A stretch of 64,000 bases of DNA from Xanthobacteraceae bacterium (GCA_041287585.1 JBGGNI010000213.1:7250-71249), one strand, 5' to 3'. Numbered from the stretch's first letter, positions 18,951 to 29,206 are shown. The notes: a model not told the origin generated them from the letters alone. Translations and numbers: made by a program.

Positions 18951-19961
18951 ATGATCAAGACCAAGAGCGTGCGCCTGGGCGCCATGCTGGCCGCTTCGTT
19001 CCTCGTCTCCACCGCCGCCTTCGCTGCGGATGTGCAGGAGCGCACCCTCAAATTCGGCTACAGCACCTTCGAGGCGCACCCGCTCGGGCAGGGCGCCAAC
19101 AAGTTCGTCCAGCTTGTCAGCGAGAAGAGCGACGGCAAGATCAAGATGAAGGTCTATCCGGCCACCCAACTCGGCTCGGAGACCCAGACCATCTCGGCGA
19201 CGCAGGGCGGCGTGCAGGACCTTGTCGGCACCTCCACCGCGCCGCTGGTCGGCCTAGTGAAGGAGTACGCGATTTTCGACCTGCCCTTCCTGCTCGCCAA
19301 TGAGAAGCAGGCGGATGCGCTGGTGGACGGGCCGGTCGGCCAGGCCCTGCTCGCCAAGCTGCAGGACAAGAACCTCATCGGACTGTGCTTCTTCGAGAAC
19401 GGCTTTCGCAACGTCACCAACAGCAAGCACCCCATCGTCGCGGCCAACGACTTGTCGGGGCTGAAGATCCGGGTGATGCAGAACCCGGTCTATATCGACG
19501 CCTTCAAGACGCTCGGCGCCAATGCGGTGCCGATGCCCTGGCCGGAGGTCTATACCGCGCTGGAATCCGGCGCCATCGACGCGCAGGAGAACCCGTTCGG
19601 CATCATCTATGTCAACAAGCTGAACGAAGTGCAGAAATATGTCAGCGTCACCAAGCACGCCTATTCCCCCTGGGCGGTGATGATGAGCAAGAAGCTGTGG
19701 GACAAGCTCTCGGCTGACGAGCAGAAGATCTTCGTCGATTCCTGCAACGAGGCGAAAGTCTTCCAGCGTCAGGTCAGCCGCACCGAGGACGCCAAGATCA
19801 TCGCCGAGCTGAAGCAGCGCGGCATGCAGATCAACGAGCTGACCCCGGCACAGCTCGCCGACCTCAAGACCCGCATGCAGCCGGTCATCGACCGCTACAG
19901 CGAGACCGTCGGCATCGAGCTGGTGAAGCAGGCGCAGCAGTCGATCGCCGCCAGCCAGTGA
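18951..19961 (+). CDS. dctP: TRAP transporter substrate-binding protein
   Basis: Signal peptide; QLGSE, FDLPFL, ENGFRNVT, GLKIRVM (carboxylate-binding Arg), EVYTALESGAIDAQENP. Confidence 0.95.
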   Translation: MIKTKSVRLGAMLAASFLVSTAAFAADVQERTLKFGYSTFEAHPLGQGANKFVQLVSEKSDGKIKMKVYPATQLGSETQTISATQGGVQDLVGTSTAPLVGLVKEYAIFDLPFLLANEKQADALVDGPVGQALLAKLQDKNLIGLCFFENGFRNVTNSKHPIVAANDLSGLKIRVMQNPVYIDAFKTLGANAVPMPWPEVYTALESGAIDAQENPFGIIYVNKLNEVQKYVSVTKHAYSPWAVMMSKKLWDKLSADEQKIFVDSCNEAKVFQRQVSRTEDAKIIAELKQRGMQINELTPAQLADLKTRMQPVIDRYSETVGIELVKQAQQSIAASQ

Positions 19962-20085
19962 CCTTGGCCGCCGGTCTGCGGGTCCGCAGGCCGGCATCCC
20001 ACGGGTCGACGTGCCACGGGCCGGGGTCGCGCGCCTTCGGGCGGCGCGGCCCCATCGCCCATCCGGTCTTACGGGGAGAGCCGCC

Positions 20086-20694
20086 ATGTTTTGGGGCGCC
20101 ATATCTTGGGTCGTGGACGCTTACTTCAAGCTGCTGAAAATCCTTATCGCCCTGCTTCTGGCGATCATGGTGGTGCTCGTCTTCGGCAATGTCGTGCTGC
20201 GCTACGGCTTCAACTCCGGCATTACCCTGTCGGAGGAAGTCTCGCGCTGGATGTTCGTGTGGCTCACCTTCCTCGGCGCCATCGTCGCGCTGCGCGAGCA
20301 TGCCCATCTCGGGGTGGATTCGCTGGTGCGGCGCCTGCCGCTGGCCGGCAAGAAGGCCTGCTTCCTGCTCAGCCACGGCCTGATGATCTATGCCACCGTG
20401 CTGCTGGTGATCGGCACCTGGCAGCAGGCGGTGATCAATTGGGACGTCGTCGCCCCGGCCTCCGGCCTGTCGGTCGCCGTGTTCTACGGCGTCGGCCTGG
20501 TGTTCGGCGCCTCGGCCATTCCCATTCTGCTCTATGAGGTCGCCCGCGTGCTCAGCGGTGCCGCCGGCGAAGACGACCTCGTCGCCGTGGCGGAATCCGA
20601 GGAGGAGAGCCTCGACGATATCCAACGCCGCCATCTCGAAGCCGCGCGAGATGCCGCAACGCCCGGCCTGCAACGGGCGGGAGGCGTGCTGTGA
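20086..20694 (+). CDS. dctQ: TRAP transporter small permease
   Basis: NVVLRYGFNSGITLSEEVSRWMFVWLTFLGA...HLGVD; four TM segments. Confidence 0.92.
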   Translation: MFWGAISWVVDAYFKLLKILIALLLAIMVVLVFGNVVLRYGFNSGITLSEEVSRWMFVWLTFLGAIVALREHAHLGVDSLVRRLPLAGKKACFLLSHGLMIYATVLLVIGTWQQAVINWDVVAPASGLSVAVFYGVGLVFGASAIPILLYEVARVLSGAAGEDDLVAVAESEEESLDDIQRRHLEAARDAATPGLQRAGGVL

Positions 20695-21971
20695 CCATTC
20701 TCATCTTTACCGGCTCGCTGCTCGGCACCATGGCGATCGGCATGCCGATCGCCTTCGCGCTGCTGCTCGCGGGCGTGGCGCTGATGCACTATCTCGATAT
20801 TTTCGATCCGCAGATCATCGCGCAGAACATCATCAACGGCGCCGATTCCTTCCCGCTGATGGCGGTGCCGTTCTTCATGCTCGCCGGCGAACTGATGAAC
20901 ACCGGCGGCCTGTCCAAGCGCATCGTCAATGTCGCGCTGGCCGCCGTAGGCCATGTCAAGGGCGGCCTCGGCTATGTCGCCATCCTGGCCGCTTGCGTCA
21001 TCTCGGCGTTGTCGGGCTCGGCCGTGGCGGACGCCGCGGCGCTGTCGGCCCTGCTGGTGCCGATGATGGTGCAGGCCGGCCACAGCAAGCCGCGGGCGGC
21101 CGGGCTGATCGCGGCCTCCAGCGTCATCGGGCCGATCATCCCGCCCAGCATCGGCTTCGTCATCTTCGGCGTCATCGGCGGGGTGTCGATCACCAAGCTG
21201 TTCCTCGCCGGCCTGGTGCCCGGCCTGCTCATCGGCCTCGGCCTGGCGATCGCCTGGTGGTTCGAGGTGCGCAAGGAGGACATCGTGCCGCCGCCGCGCC
21301 GCAGCAAGGGCGAGCTGCTGCGCGCGCTGGTCGACGGCGTGTGGGCGCTAATGCTGCCGGTGATCATCATCGTGGGGCTGAAGTTCGGCGTCTTCACGCC
21401 GACCGAATCCGCCGTCGTGGCCGCGGTCTATTCGCTGTTCGTGGCGACCTGCATCTATCGCGAGCTGAAGCCGGCCGAGGTGTTCGGCGTGTTCGTCACC
21501 GCCGCCCGCACCACGGCGATCGTGATGTTTCTGGTGGCGGCCGCCCTGGTGTCGTCCTGGCTCATCACCGTATCGGACATCGCCAACGATCTCGTCGCCC
21601 TGCTGCAGCCGCTGATGGACAGCCCGACTTTGCTGCTGCTCGCCATCATGGCAGTGGTGATCATCGTCGGCACCGCCATGGACATGACACCTACCATATT
21701 GGTGCTGACGCCGGTGCTGATGCCCATCATCAAGACCGCGGGCATCGACCCGGTCTATTTCGGCGTGCTGTTCATCGTCAATAATTCCATCGGTCTCATC
21801 ACCCCGCCGGTCGGTACCGTGCTGAACGTGGTTTCCGGCGTCGCCCGCGTCAGCATGGAAGACCTGATCAAGGCGGTGTGGCCCTTCATGCTGGCGCAGT
21901 TCGTAGTGCTGCTGCTGATGGTGCTGTTTCCGCAGCTGGTGCTGTGGCCGCTGCGTTTTATGGGGCATTGA
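20691..21971 (+). CDS. dctM: TRAP transporter large permease
   Basis: FPLMAVPFFMLAGELM, SGSAVAD, IIPPSI, FTPTESA, GIDPVYFG, IGLITPPVG. Confidence 0.95.
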   Translation: MTILIFTGSLLGTMAIGMPIAFALLLAGVALMHYLDIFDPQIIAQNIINGADSFPLMAVPFFMLAGELMNTGGLSKRIVNVALAAVGHVKGGLGYVAILAACVISALSGSAVADAAALSALLVPMMVQAGHSKPRAAGLIAASSVIGPIIPPSIGFVIFGVIGGVSITKLFLAGLVPGLLIGLGLAIAWWFEVRKEDIVPPPRRSKGELLRALVDGVWALMLPVIIIVGLKFGVFTPTESAVVAAVYSLFVATCIYRELKPAEVFGVFVTAARTTAIVMFLVAAALVSSWLITVSDIANDLVALLQPLMDSPTLLLLAIMAVVIIVGTAMDMTPTILVLTPVLMPIIKTAGIDPVYFGVLFIVNNSIGLITPPVGTVLNVVSGVARVSMEDLIKAVWPFMLAQFVVLLLMVLFPQLVLWPLRFMGH

Positions 21972-21995
21972 GCCGCGTGCGGCGCACACAGCCTG

Positions 21996-22014
21996 TGGTA
22001 TGATCAATGTACCA
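21996..22014. promoter_or_regulatory. Putative operator TGGTA-N9-TACCA upstream of the apionate-cluster regulator
   Basis: TGGTATGATCAATGTACCA inverted repeat; the half-site resembles CTGGTATAAT at 15196 and 29197. Confidence 0.5.
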
Positions 22015-22042
22015 GAGCACTTAAGGCCCGGCAGGGGAGACA

Positions 22043-22753
22043 ATGGTGAGCGTTTCGGAGACCATCATCCGCCGAAAACTCTCCCATGAGGTGTTCGATC
22101 GCCTGAAGGCGATGATCACCGGCGGCGAACTCTCGCCCGGCGACGCCATGCCGTCCGAGCGGGACCTGATGGACCGCTTCGGCGTCGGGCGGCCGGCGAT
22201 TCGCGAGGCGATGCAGGCGCTTGCCAATATCGGGCTGATCGCCATCTCCCATGGTGAGCGCGCCCGCGTGCAGCAGCTCACCGCGCGTTCGCTGTTCCAG
22301 CAGGTCGACCTCACCGCCAGCATGCTGCTGTCCGCCTCGCCGGACAGCCTGGAGCAGCTCAAGCAGGCGCGGCGCTTCTTCGAGCGCGGCATGGTGCGCG
22401 AGGCCGCGGTGCGGGCGACGCGGGACGATGTGGCGCGGCTGCGCGCCACGCTGGATCAGCAGGCCAAGGTGGTCAGCGAGCCGGACCTCTTCATATCTGC
22501 CGATATGCGCTTCCACGCCCAGATCGCGGCGATTTCCGGCAACCCGATCTTCGAGGCGGTGAGCGAAGCCATGCTGGGCTGGCTGCGGCAATATCATACC
22601 GAAATGCTAACCTGGACCGGGCGCGAGAACCTGACGCTGGTGGAACACGACCTGATCCTCGGCTATATCGAGGCCCACGAGCCCGAGCACGCCGAGGCGG
22701 CGATGGTGAAGCATCTGGACCGTTCCAGCGCGCTCTACACCCATCCGGCCTGA
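22043..22753 (+). CDS. GntR/FadR family regulator (NanR-like)
   Basis: PGDAMPSERDLMDRFGVGRPAIREAMQAL wHTH; ADMRFH..IAAISGNP; EHDLI. Confidence 0.9.
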   Translation: MVSVSETIIRRKLSHEVFDRLKAMITGGELSPGDAMPSERDLMDRFGVGRPAIREAMQALANIGLIAISHGERARVQQLTARSLFQQVDLTASMLLSASPDSLEQLKQARRFFERGMVREAAVRATRDDVARLRATLDQQAKVVSEPDLFISADMRFHAQIAAISGNPIFEAVSEAMLGWLRQYHTEMLTWTGRENLTLVEHDLILGYIEAHEPEHAEAAMVKHLDRSSALYTHPA

Positions 22754-22757
22754 CCGT

Positions 22758-24563
22758 TCAGAAATCGATTTCCTTTATATCGTAAGGCATCAACCTTACC
22801 TGACCGCCGCCGGACAGCTCCAGCACCTGCTCGCCCGCGGTCAGGTTCGCGGCCAGCAATACGCGCCCGCCATCGGCCCGCATGGCGGCCAGCGCCAGCA
22901 CGCGGTCTTCGGCACTGGAGAGGCAGGCCAGAGCCGCAGCGCCGCCGAGCGCCGCTAAGCTCCGCGCCGCGGCGAACACCGGCCGGCGTCCCGCAGGGCC
23001 GATAAGTCCGAACGGCCCGGTCATCGCCCCCACCGTGAAACAGGCGACGCCGGCCGGCACCAGCCGCGCGGCGTAGCCGACCATCCAGGCGGCGGCGAAC
23101 GTGCCGTCCTGCCGCGGATCGTCTGCCGTCATGGTCATGCGCCGGCGCTGCGGGTTCGGCAGGGTGCGCGAGCCATAGGGGTTCTGCCGCATGCCGAGGG
23201 TCGAGGGGCCGATACGGTAGGGCTTGCCCTCGCCGATGATGGCGCGGGTGGAGCGCGCGATGAAGGGCAGCGCCTCCAGCGTCTGCATCACCGAGCGGTC
23301 GTCAGCGTCGTGCACCAGTGGGCAGGTGCAATGTGTAACAAAATCCAGCAGATGCGCCGGCGGGCGCTTGCGGTTCAGCTCGGTGAAATAGCTGAACATG
23401 CCGCCGCCCAGCACAACACCCGGAAAGGCGGCGCGGGCGGCGGCGTACACCTCCTCCAAAGGCGGGCAGGCCGGCCAGGCGCTGCCCGGCGGCGTGGAGC
23501 GCCGATCGGCGGCCGGGCTCACCGCGATGGCGTCGAGCCGCAGCCCGGCGGCAGCCGCCTGCCGCGCCACCTCCTGCAGTTCCTCCGCCGGAGCGGCCAC
23601 GCCCGGCACCACGCATTCGAGCACGATCTCGCCGCGGTGCCGGGCTGCCACCTGCGCCAGGGCGCGCAGCGCCGGCAGGCCGTGGCCCGCGGTGGGGTCG
23701 AAATGCAGCAGCAGGCTCTGCGGGCCGACTTCGGTGAGAGCGTCCGTACAGGCCAGCGTCGCGGCAGCCTCCTCCGGCGTCACCACCAGCCCGATAGCCG
23801 GCATGCGGCCGGCTTGTGCGCCGATTTCGATCCGCACGGCGGCCTGCGCCCGGCCGATGACCGCGGGCGCCCCGCCGCGAATGCTGAGCGCCACCGACTG
23901 CCGCACCGGCTCGCCGGCCGGCAGCGTATAGGGCCAGGGCAGCGCGAGCGGGCGGACATAGGTCTTGTAGGAGGCGTCGGACCAGTTGCGCTGGTCCTCC
24001 ATCTCGAAGGCATCGCCCTCCATGCGGCAGGTGGCGAACACGCCGGGGACCACCTCATGGATGATGGCGCGCATATCCTTGAAAGGCTGCCAGGGGTCGA
24101 TCAGGTCCGGCAGCGGCGCCCGCTCCACCGAGCCGTCGACATGCTCCACCTCCACAGGCCGGCCGGCCAGCCCGACCACCGGGTGCAGCACGGTAAAGCC
24201 GCAGCGATTGGTGAGCAGGTCGCGCTCCGGCACCCCCTCCACCTCAAAGCGCAGGCCGGAGGCATCGCCGGTGATGAGCGCGTGGCACATGAGGCGCCCG
24301 CCATCGGCGCCCTCGCACACAGCGGCGTAGCGCAGGCTGAAGCCGTCGGGGCGCGGTTCCAGCACCACATCGTCGATGCGCGGGACATAGGTGCCCCAAT
24401 CCTTGTCGCGCACCACATAGGAAATCGCGCGCAGCACCTCAATGTCACCGATGCGGATGTTGCGCAGATTGCCGTCGATAAACTCGGCGCTCAACGCCCC
24501 GGCGGTCAGCAGGCGCGGCGGCGGCACCGCCTCGTTGGTGCCGAATACGTGCAGCGTATCCAT
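22758..24563 (-). CDS. apnL: D-apionate lactonase
   Basis: EVLRAISYVVRDKDWGTY, TNRCGFTVLHP, FEMEDQRNWSDASYKTYVRPLALPWPY, GGGMFSYFTELNRKRPP, MRQNPYG; context. Confidence 0.8.
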   Translation of the reverse strand: MDTLHVFGTNEAVPPPRLLTAGALSAEFIDGNLRNIRIGDIEVLRAISYVVRDKDWGTYVPRIDDVVLEPRPDGFSLRYAAVCEGADGGRLMCHALITGDASGLRFEVEGVPERDLLTNRCGFTVLHPVVGLAGRPVEVEHVDGSVERAPLPDLIDPWQPFKDMRAIIHEVVPGVFATCRMEGDAFEMEDQRNWSDASYKTYVRPLALPWPYTLPAGEPVRQSVALSIRGGAPAVIGRAQAAVRIEIGAQAGRMPAIGLVVTPEEAAATLACTDALTEVGPQSLLLHFDPTAGHGLPALRALAQVAARHRGEIVLECVVPGVAAPAEELQEVARQAAAAGLRLDAIAVSPAADRRSTPPGSAWPACPPLEEVYAAARAAFPGVVLGGGMFSYFTELNRKRPPAHLLDFVTHCTCPLVHDADDRSVMQTLEALPFIARSTRAIIGEGKPYRIGPSTLGMRQNPYGSRTLPNPQRRRMTMTADDPRQDGTFAAAWMVGYAARLVPAGVACFTVGAMTGPFGLIGPAGRRPVFAAARSLAALGGAAALACLSSAEDRVLALAAMRADGGRVLLAANLTAGEQVLELSGGGQVRLMPYDIKEIDF

Positions 24564-24566
24564 GCC

Positions 24567-25538
24567 TCAGGCGCTCCCATTTGCGGGCGCCGCACGCCGC
24601 CGGCGCACCGCCCGGCCGCCGGCGAGCGCCAGCACGGCGATGACGGCGAAGCCCTGAACGATGTCCTGCGTGCCCGGCGGCAGGCCGGCGATCTGCATGG
24701 TGGTGACGATGAGCACCAGCAGCAGCGCGCCGAACAGCGTGCCGAGCGCGGTGGAGGCCCCGCCGAAGATCAGCGAGCCGCCCAGCACCACGGCGCCAAG
24801 CGATTGCAGCAGATAGGGCGCGCCCATTTCCAGAAAGGCGCCACCGACATAGGCGCCGAGCAGCATGCCGGTGAGGCCGGCCAGCATCGCGGAAGCGAGA
24901 AAGGCGGAGGTGACGATGCGCCCGGTGGCGATACCGGCCAGTGCCGCCGCCCGCTCATTCTGCCCCACGGCCGAGAGCGCACGCCCATAGACGGTACGCT
25001 GCAAAACCAGCCCGACCAGCACCACCGCCAGGAGCGCCACCAGCAGCATCAGCGGAACGCCCTCGATCCGCCCCGCCGCCAGCGTCTTCAGCAACGGGCT
25101 GACGGTGAAGCCGCTGGCCCAGCGATTGGCGATCAGCGTGCCGGTGGCGAGGATGTAGCCGGTGGCCAGCGTGGCGATGATGGCGGGAACGCGGAAGGCG
25201 ACCACCAGCAGCGCGTTCGCCGCGCCAGTGGCGAGGCCGATGAGCAGCACCGCACCCAGCGCCAGCGGCAGGCGCGCGTCCGCGCCCTGCGTCACCACGA
25301 TGCTGGCATAGGCGCTGAGCGTCAGCACGCTGGCGATGGACAGGTCGATATTGCCGCGCCCGGTGGTCACCACCAGCATCTGCCCCAGCGCCACCAGCAC
25401 CAGAAAGCTGGCCGAGACCGCGACCCCGGACAGCGAATGCAGGCTGAAACGGCCGGTGGTGACCGAGAGGATCGCCCACAGCAGCAGCACGCCGAGCCCG
25501 GCCCAGACCCAGCGGTTGCGTTCCAGCCAATCCGTCAT
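24567..25538 (-). CDS. Sugar (CUT2/RbsC-type) ABC transporter permease
   Basis: LGQMLVV..GNIDLS, YGRALSAVGQNERAAALAGI, LGAVVLGGSLIFGG. Confidence 0.92.
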   Translation of the reverse strand: MTDWLERNRWVWAGLGVLLLWAILSVTTGRFSLHSLSGVAVSASFLVLVALGQMLVVTTGRGNIDLSIASVLTLSAYASIVVTQGADARLPLALGAVLLIGLATGAANALLVVAFRVPAIIATLATGYILATGTLIANRWASGFTVSPLLKTLAAGRIEGVPLMLLVALLAVVLVGLVLQRTVYGRALSAVGQNERAAALAGIATGRIVTSAFLASAMLAGLTGMLLGAYVGGAFLEMGAPYLLQSLGAVVLGGSLIFGGASTALGTLFGALLLVLIVTTMQIAGLPPGTQDIVQGFAVIAVLALAGGRAVRRRRAAPANGSA

Positions 25539-25551
25539 CGAAGCATTCCCG

Positions 25552-28050
25552 TCATCGGTTCGCGCTCCTGCGGTCGGCAACCGTGCGCAGCACCAGCATG
25601 GCCAGCAGCAGCCCGCCCTGCACCGCGGCATTGTAGTCCGTGCTCACATTCAGCGCGCCGAGCAGCGCGCCGATGAGCGCCAGGGTCAGCGCGCCGGCCA
25701 CCACGCCGAGCGGCGAGATCATGCCGCCGATCAGCGCGCAGCCGCCCATCACCACGGCCGCCACGGAAATCAGGGTGAACGGCCCGCCGGCATTGACGTC
25801 GCTGGCGGTGTTGATGCCGGTGAGCGCCAGCCCGGCGGCGATGGCGAACAGGCTGGCGATGGCATAGCGCACCATGGCGTAGCGCAGCGGCGACCAGCCG
25901 CTGAGCCGCATCGCCGCCGGATTATTGCCGAAGCCGCGCAGCACCACGCCGAGCGGGGCGCGGTCGATGGCCAGCGCCACCAGCCCGGCGACGCCGATCA
26001 GCACCAGATTGGCCGGCAGGCCGAACAGCGTCCAGGACAGCGCCGCCGTCAGCCAGTCCGGGCTCGATCCGCCGGGGGTCGGCTGCAGGCTGTAGCCGAT
26101 GCCGATCCAGATGAAGGAGGCGCCCAGCGTGACCACGATGGCCGGAATGCGGCGCAGCTGGATGGTGGCGCCGATCGCCGCATACGCCAGGATGCCGGCC
26201 GCGAGCACGGCAAAGCCGAGCGCGGGCGTGTCCACCAGCAGCGTCGCGCTCACCACGCTGACGAGGCCGGCGAAGGCGCCGACGCCGAGGTCGATCTCGC
26301 TGCCGCCGACCACGAACATCTGCGCCAGCGCCACCAGCACCAGGGCAATGGCGGGGCCCAGCAGCAGATCGAGCCCGAACAGCGAAACCGTCATCGGGTT
26401 CACCCACGCCATCAGGGCGAACACGGCGATGAGGCTGGCGAACGGCGCGAGATCGACCAGCCAGTCGCCGAAGCCGCGCTGGCCGGCGGTACCGTCGCGC
26501 TCCAGCGCCGCCGCTTCGGCAAAGGAGGCATCGACGATGGCCTGCTCGCTGATCTGCGCCCCCACCAGCTCGCGCACGATGCGCCCGCCGGAGAACACCA
26601 GCACGCGGTCGCATTCCAGGAACTCGATGTCCTCGGTCGAGTGCCACACCACCAGCCGCCCGGCGCGGGCGACGCTGCCGACCAAAGCGTAGAAATCCTC
26701 CTTGGCGGCGACATCGACGCCGCGCGTCGGATCGTCGAACAAAATGGTGCGGGCCTCGCCCACCAGCGCACGGGCGACCAGCGCCTTCTGCTGGTTGCCG
26801 CCGGACAGATCGAGAATCGGCGCATCGAAACGCGCCGGGTCGAGTTTCAGTCCTTGCGCCGCCTGCTGCGCCGCCGCGCGCTCGGCCGTGTCGGAGACCA
26901 GACCGAGCGGGGCGCGGCCTTGCAGCCGGCCGACGGCGATGTTGGCGAGCACGCTCCAGAGCGGAAACACGCCCTCCTTCTGGCGGTCCCCGGAGACGAA
27001 GCTGGCGCCGCCCTCGCGGGAGATGCCGCCGCGCGGCGTGCCGAACAGGCGGTGCAGCAGGTCGCGCTGGCCAGAGCCCTCCAGGCCGGCAAGGCCGACC
27101 ACTTCGCCGGCCCGCAGCACCACGTCGTGGCCGAGCGGGGCGACCACCGGGCCGGAAAGGCGCGCCACCGCCGCCGTATCCTCGGTGCCGGCGACGCGGG
27201 CGGCGCGGCGGCTGCGCAGGGTGCCTTCGGTCGGCCCGCCCATGGCACTGACCAGCGCGGCGACGGAGGCCTGCGCGCTCGGCCCGGTCCAGGCCGCTCG
27301 ACCGTTGCGCAGCACCAGCACGCGATCGGCGATATCCACCACCTCTTGCAGCTTGTGGCTGATGAAGATGAAGGAGAGGCCGGCAGCGGCCCGCGCCTTG
27401 ATGAGCGCGCGCAGCTGCAGGCTGCGCTCCAGCCCGAGCGAGGAAGTCGGCTCGTCGAGAATGATGAGGCGCACGCGCGGGGCGGCCACCGCCCGGGCGA
27501 TCTCCACCATCTGCCGCTGGCCGATCTGCAAATGGCCGACCGGCGCGTCGACATCGATGCCGTGGCGGGGAAACACCTCGTCCAGCGCGGCATGCGCGCG
27601 CTGGCGGTAGCGCGCGCGCCAGCCGGGCCGCGCCCTCGCCGCCTCCGGCGATTCCAGGAAGAAGTTTTCGGCCACCGAGAGATTGTCGCACAGCGACAAT
27701 TCCTGGTGGACGATGCGGATGCCCCCAAGCTGCGCCAAGGTGGTGTCGTACAGATCGCGATCAATCGGCACGCCGCCGATCTCGATGCTCCCAGTGTCGG
27801 CCCGGCCGGCGCCGCACAATATGCGCATGAGGGTCGACTTGCCGGCGCCATTGCCGCCGACCAGCCCCAGCACCTCGCCGGCCTCCACCACCAGGTCGAT
27901 GCGGTCATTGGCCTGCGTCGGCCCGAAGGCCTTGCAGATGCCGACAAGCCTTGCCACCGCCTTGGGTGCGGCGGCAAGGCGATCATCGGGCGCGGCAGCC
28001 CCGACGCGCTGCGCCGGGGCGTCCTGCGCGGCACGAAAAGCCGCGGTCAT
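25552..28050 (-). CDS. Fused sugar ABC transporter ATP-binding protein (tandem NBDs) and permease
   Basis: GGNGAGKS Walker A, ILDEPTSS, ISHKL; second NBD with LSGGNQQK, FDDPTRGVD; then in-frame RbsC-like TM domain (GGSEIDLG, AAVVMGG). Confidence 0.9.
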   Translation of the reverse strand: MTAAFRAAQDAPAQRVGAAAPDDRLAAAPKAVARLVGICKAFGPTQANDRIDLVVEAGEVLGLVGGNGAGKSTLMRILCGAGRADTGSIEIGGVPIDRDLYDTTLAQLGGIRIVHQELSLCDNLSVAENFFLESPEAARARPGWRARYRQRAHAALDEVFPRHGIDVDAPVGHLQIGQRQMVEIARAVAAPRVRLIILDEPTSSLGLERSLQLRALIKARAAAGLSFIFISHKLQEVVDIADRVLVLRNGRAAWTGPSAQASVAALVSAMGGPTEGTLRSRRAARVAGTEDTAAVARLSGPVVAPLGHDVVLRAGEVVGLAGLEGSGQRDLLHRLFGTPRGGISREGGASFVSGDRQKEGVFPLWSVLANIAVGRLQGRAPLGLVSDTAERAAAQQAAQGLKLDPARFDAPILDLSGGNQQKALVARALVGEARTILFDDPTRGVDVAAKEDFYALVGSVARAGRLVVWHSTEDIEFLECDRVLVFSGGRIVRELVGAQISEQAIVDASFAEAAALERDGTAGQRGFGDWLVDLAPFASLIAVFALMAWVNPMTVSLFGLDLLLGPAIALVLVALAQMFVVGGSEIDLGVGAFAGLVSVVSATLLVDTPALGFAVLAAGILAYAAIGATIQLRRIPAIVVTLGASFIWIGIGYSLQPTPGGSSPDWLTAALSWTLFGLPANLVLIGVAGLVALAIDRAPLGVVLRGFGNNPAAMRLSGWSPLRYAMVRYAIASLFAIAAGLALTGINTASDVNAGGPFTLISVAAVVMGGCALIGGMISPLGVVAGALTLALIGALLGALNVSTDYNAAVQGGLLLAMLVLRTVADRRSANR

Positions 28051-28069
28051 GGCACCAGGCCCTGGCCGG

Positions 28070-29104
28070 TCAGTTGCTGGCTTTGGGCTTGATCAGGTTC
28101 TGCTGCACCCAGTCCTGCGAATAGGACGGGCTGACGATGACGCCGGCGGGAAGGTTGGCATAGTCCTTCAGATTGTCGTCGGTAACGGTGGCGACCGGCA
28201 TGATCATCATCTTGGACGGGCTGGCGCCCTTGACGATCTCGTAAGCCAGCCAGAAAGCGGCGCCGCCGATGCCGGGCGTGGTGTTCATCGAGATGGTGGA
28301 ATACTTATTGGCCTCGCGCTGCTTGGCCCACCACTGGATGAAGTTCGACGAGCCGCCGCCTTCGATCACCGGCATCTTCTTGGCGTAGTCGCCGCCATAC
28401 TGGTCGAAGGCCTGGGCGATTCCGGTATCGTCGCTGCCGCCCTGGGCCAGCACCGCGTCGACATGCGGCAGGCTCGGCAGCGCGTTGGCCACGGCGGACT
28501 GCGCCACGGAGGCGGTGGCCTGGCCGTAGACAGTGGCCACGACCTTGATGTTCGGATAGTTCTTCAGCACCGCCTCTTGGGCGCCGAACATGTCGGCGTC
28601 GGGCGCCGAGCCCTTCACGCCGCGCACCACGATGATGTTGCCCTTGCCGCCGAGCTTCTTCAGCACCCACTCGGCCTGCTCGCGCTTATAGCCCTTGAAG
28701 TCGAAATTGAGCTGGTAGTTGCACGGGGCGGAGGCGACGGAATCGAAGCTGATGACCTTGATGCCGGCCTTGCACGCCTTCTCGATCACGCCGTTGACGG
28801 CGGTCTCGGACGCCGCGTCGATGGCGATGGCATCGACCCTCTTCAGGATAAGCTCGGCGAGCTGGCTGTTCTGCTGGGCGACGGTGCCGTCGCCATTGAG
28901 GATGATATAGTCGGCGATCTTGCCTTCGGCCTTCGCCTTCTTGGCGGCAGCCTCGAAAGCGTCGACCATCTGGTGGCGCCAGCTATTGCCGAAATAGGCA
29001 TTCGAGAGGGCGATCACCGGCTTGTCGGGTGTCGCCGCGGCCGGCAGGGCGGTAGCGAGCAGCGCGGCCGTGCTTAAGGCAAGCGTAAGGGTCTTCACGT
29101 CCAT
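28070..29104 (-). CDS. Sugar ABC transporter substrate-binding protein (periplasmic binding protein type I)
   Basis: GGAGG RBS; signal peptide; IALSNAYFGNSWR, VDAIAIDAAS, GIKVISFD, KGNIIVVRGVKG. Confidence 0.9.
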   Translation of the reverse strand: MDVKTLTLALSTAALLATALPAAATPDKPVIALSNAYFGNSWRHQMVDAFEAAAKKAKAEGKIADYIILNGDGTVAQQNSQLAELILKRVDAIAIDAASETAVNGVIEKACKAGIKVISFDSVASAPCNYQLNFDFKGYKREQAEWVLKKLGGKGNIIVVRGVKGSAPDADMFGAQEAVLKNYPNIKVVATVYGQATASVAQSAVANALPSLPHVDAVLAQGGSDDTGIAQAFDQYGGDYAKKMPVIEGGGSSNFIQWWAKQREANKYSTISMNTTPGIGGAAFWLAYEIVKGASPSKMMIMPVATVTDDNLKDYANLPAGVIVSPSYSQDWVQQNLIKPKASN

Positions 29105-29182
29105 CGGTATTCCTCCCAAAAACGGCCCGCTTGCGGGGCTCTTCATCGATTTCAGATGCGCCTGTTTCGGCTGCACGATGAT

Positions 29183-29206
29183 GATAACATTATCTCATTA
29201 TACCAG
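29183..29206. promoter_or_regulatory. Putative operator in the sugar-SBP/lactonase divergent promoter
   Basis: ATTATACCAG (29197-29206) is the reverse complement of CTGGTATAAT at 15196; adjacent near-palindrome GATAACATTATC. Confidence 0.55.

Noticed and set aside
23310-28092. Very long plus-strand ORFs (788 aa at 23310-25676, 918 aa at 25336-28092)
   Set aside because: Antisense shadows of clear minus-strand genes; Arg/Ala/Gly/His-rich with no motifs, as expected in high-GC DNA
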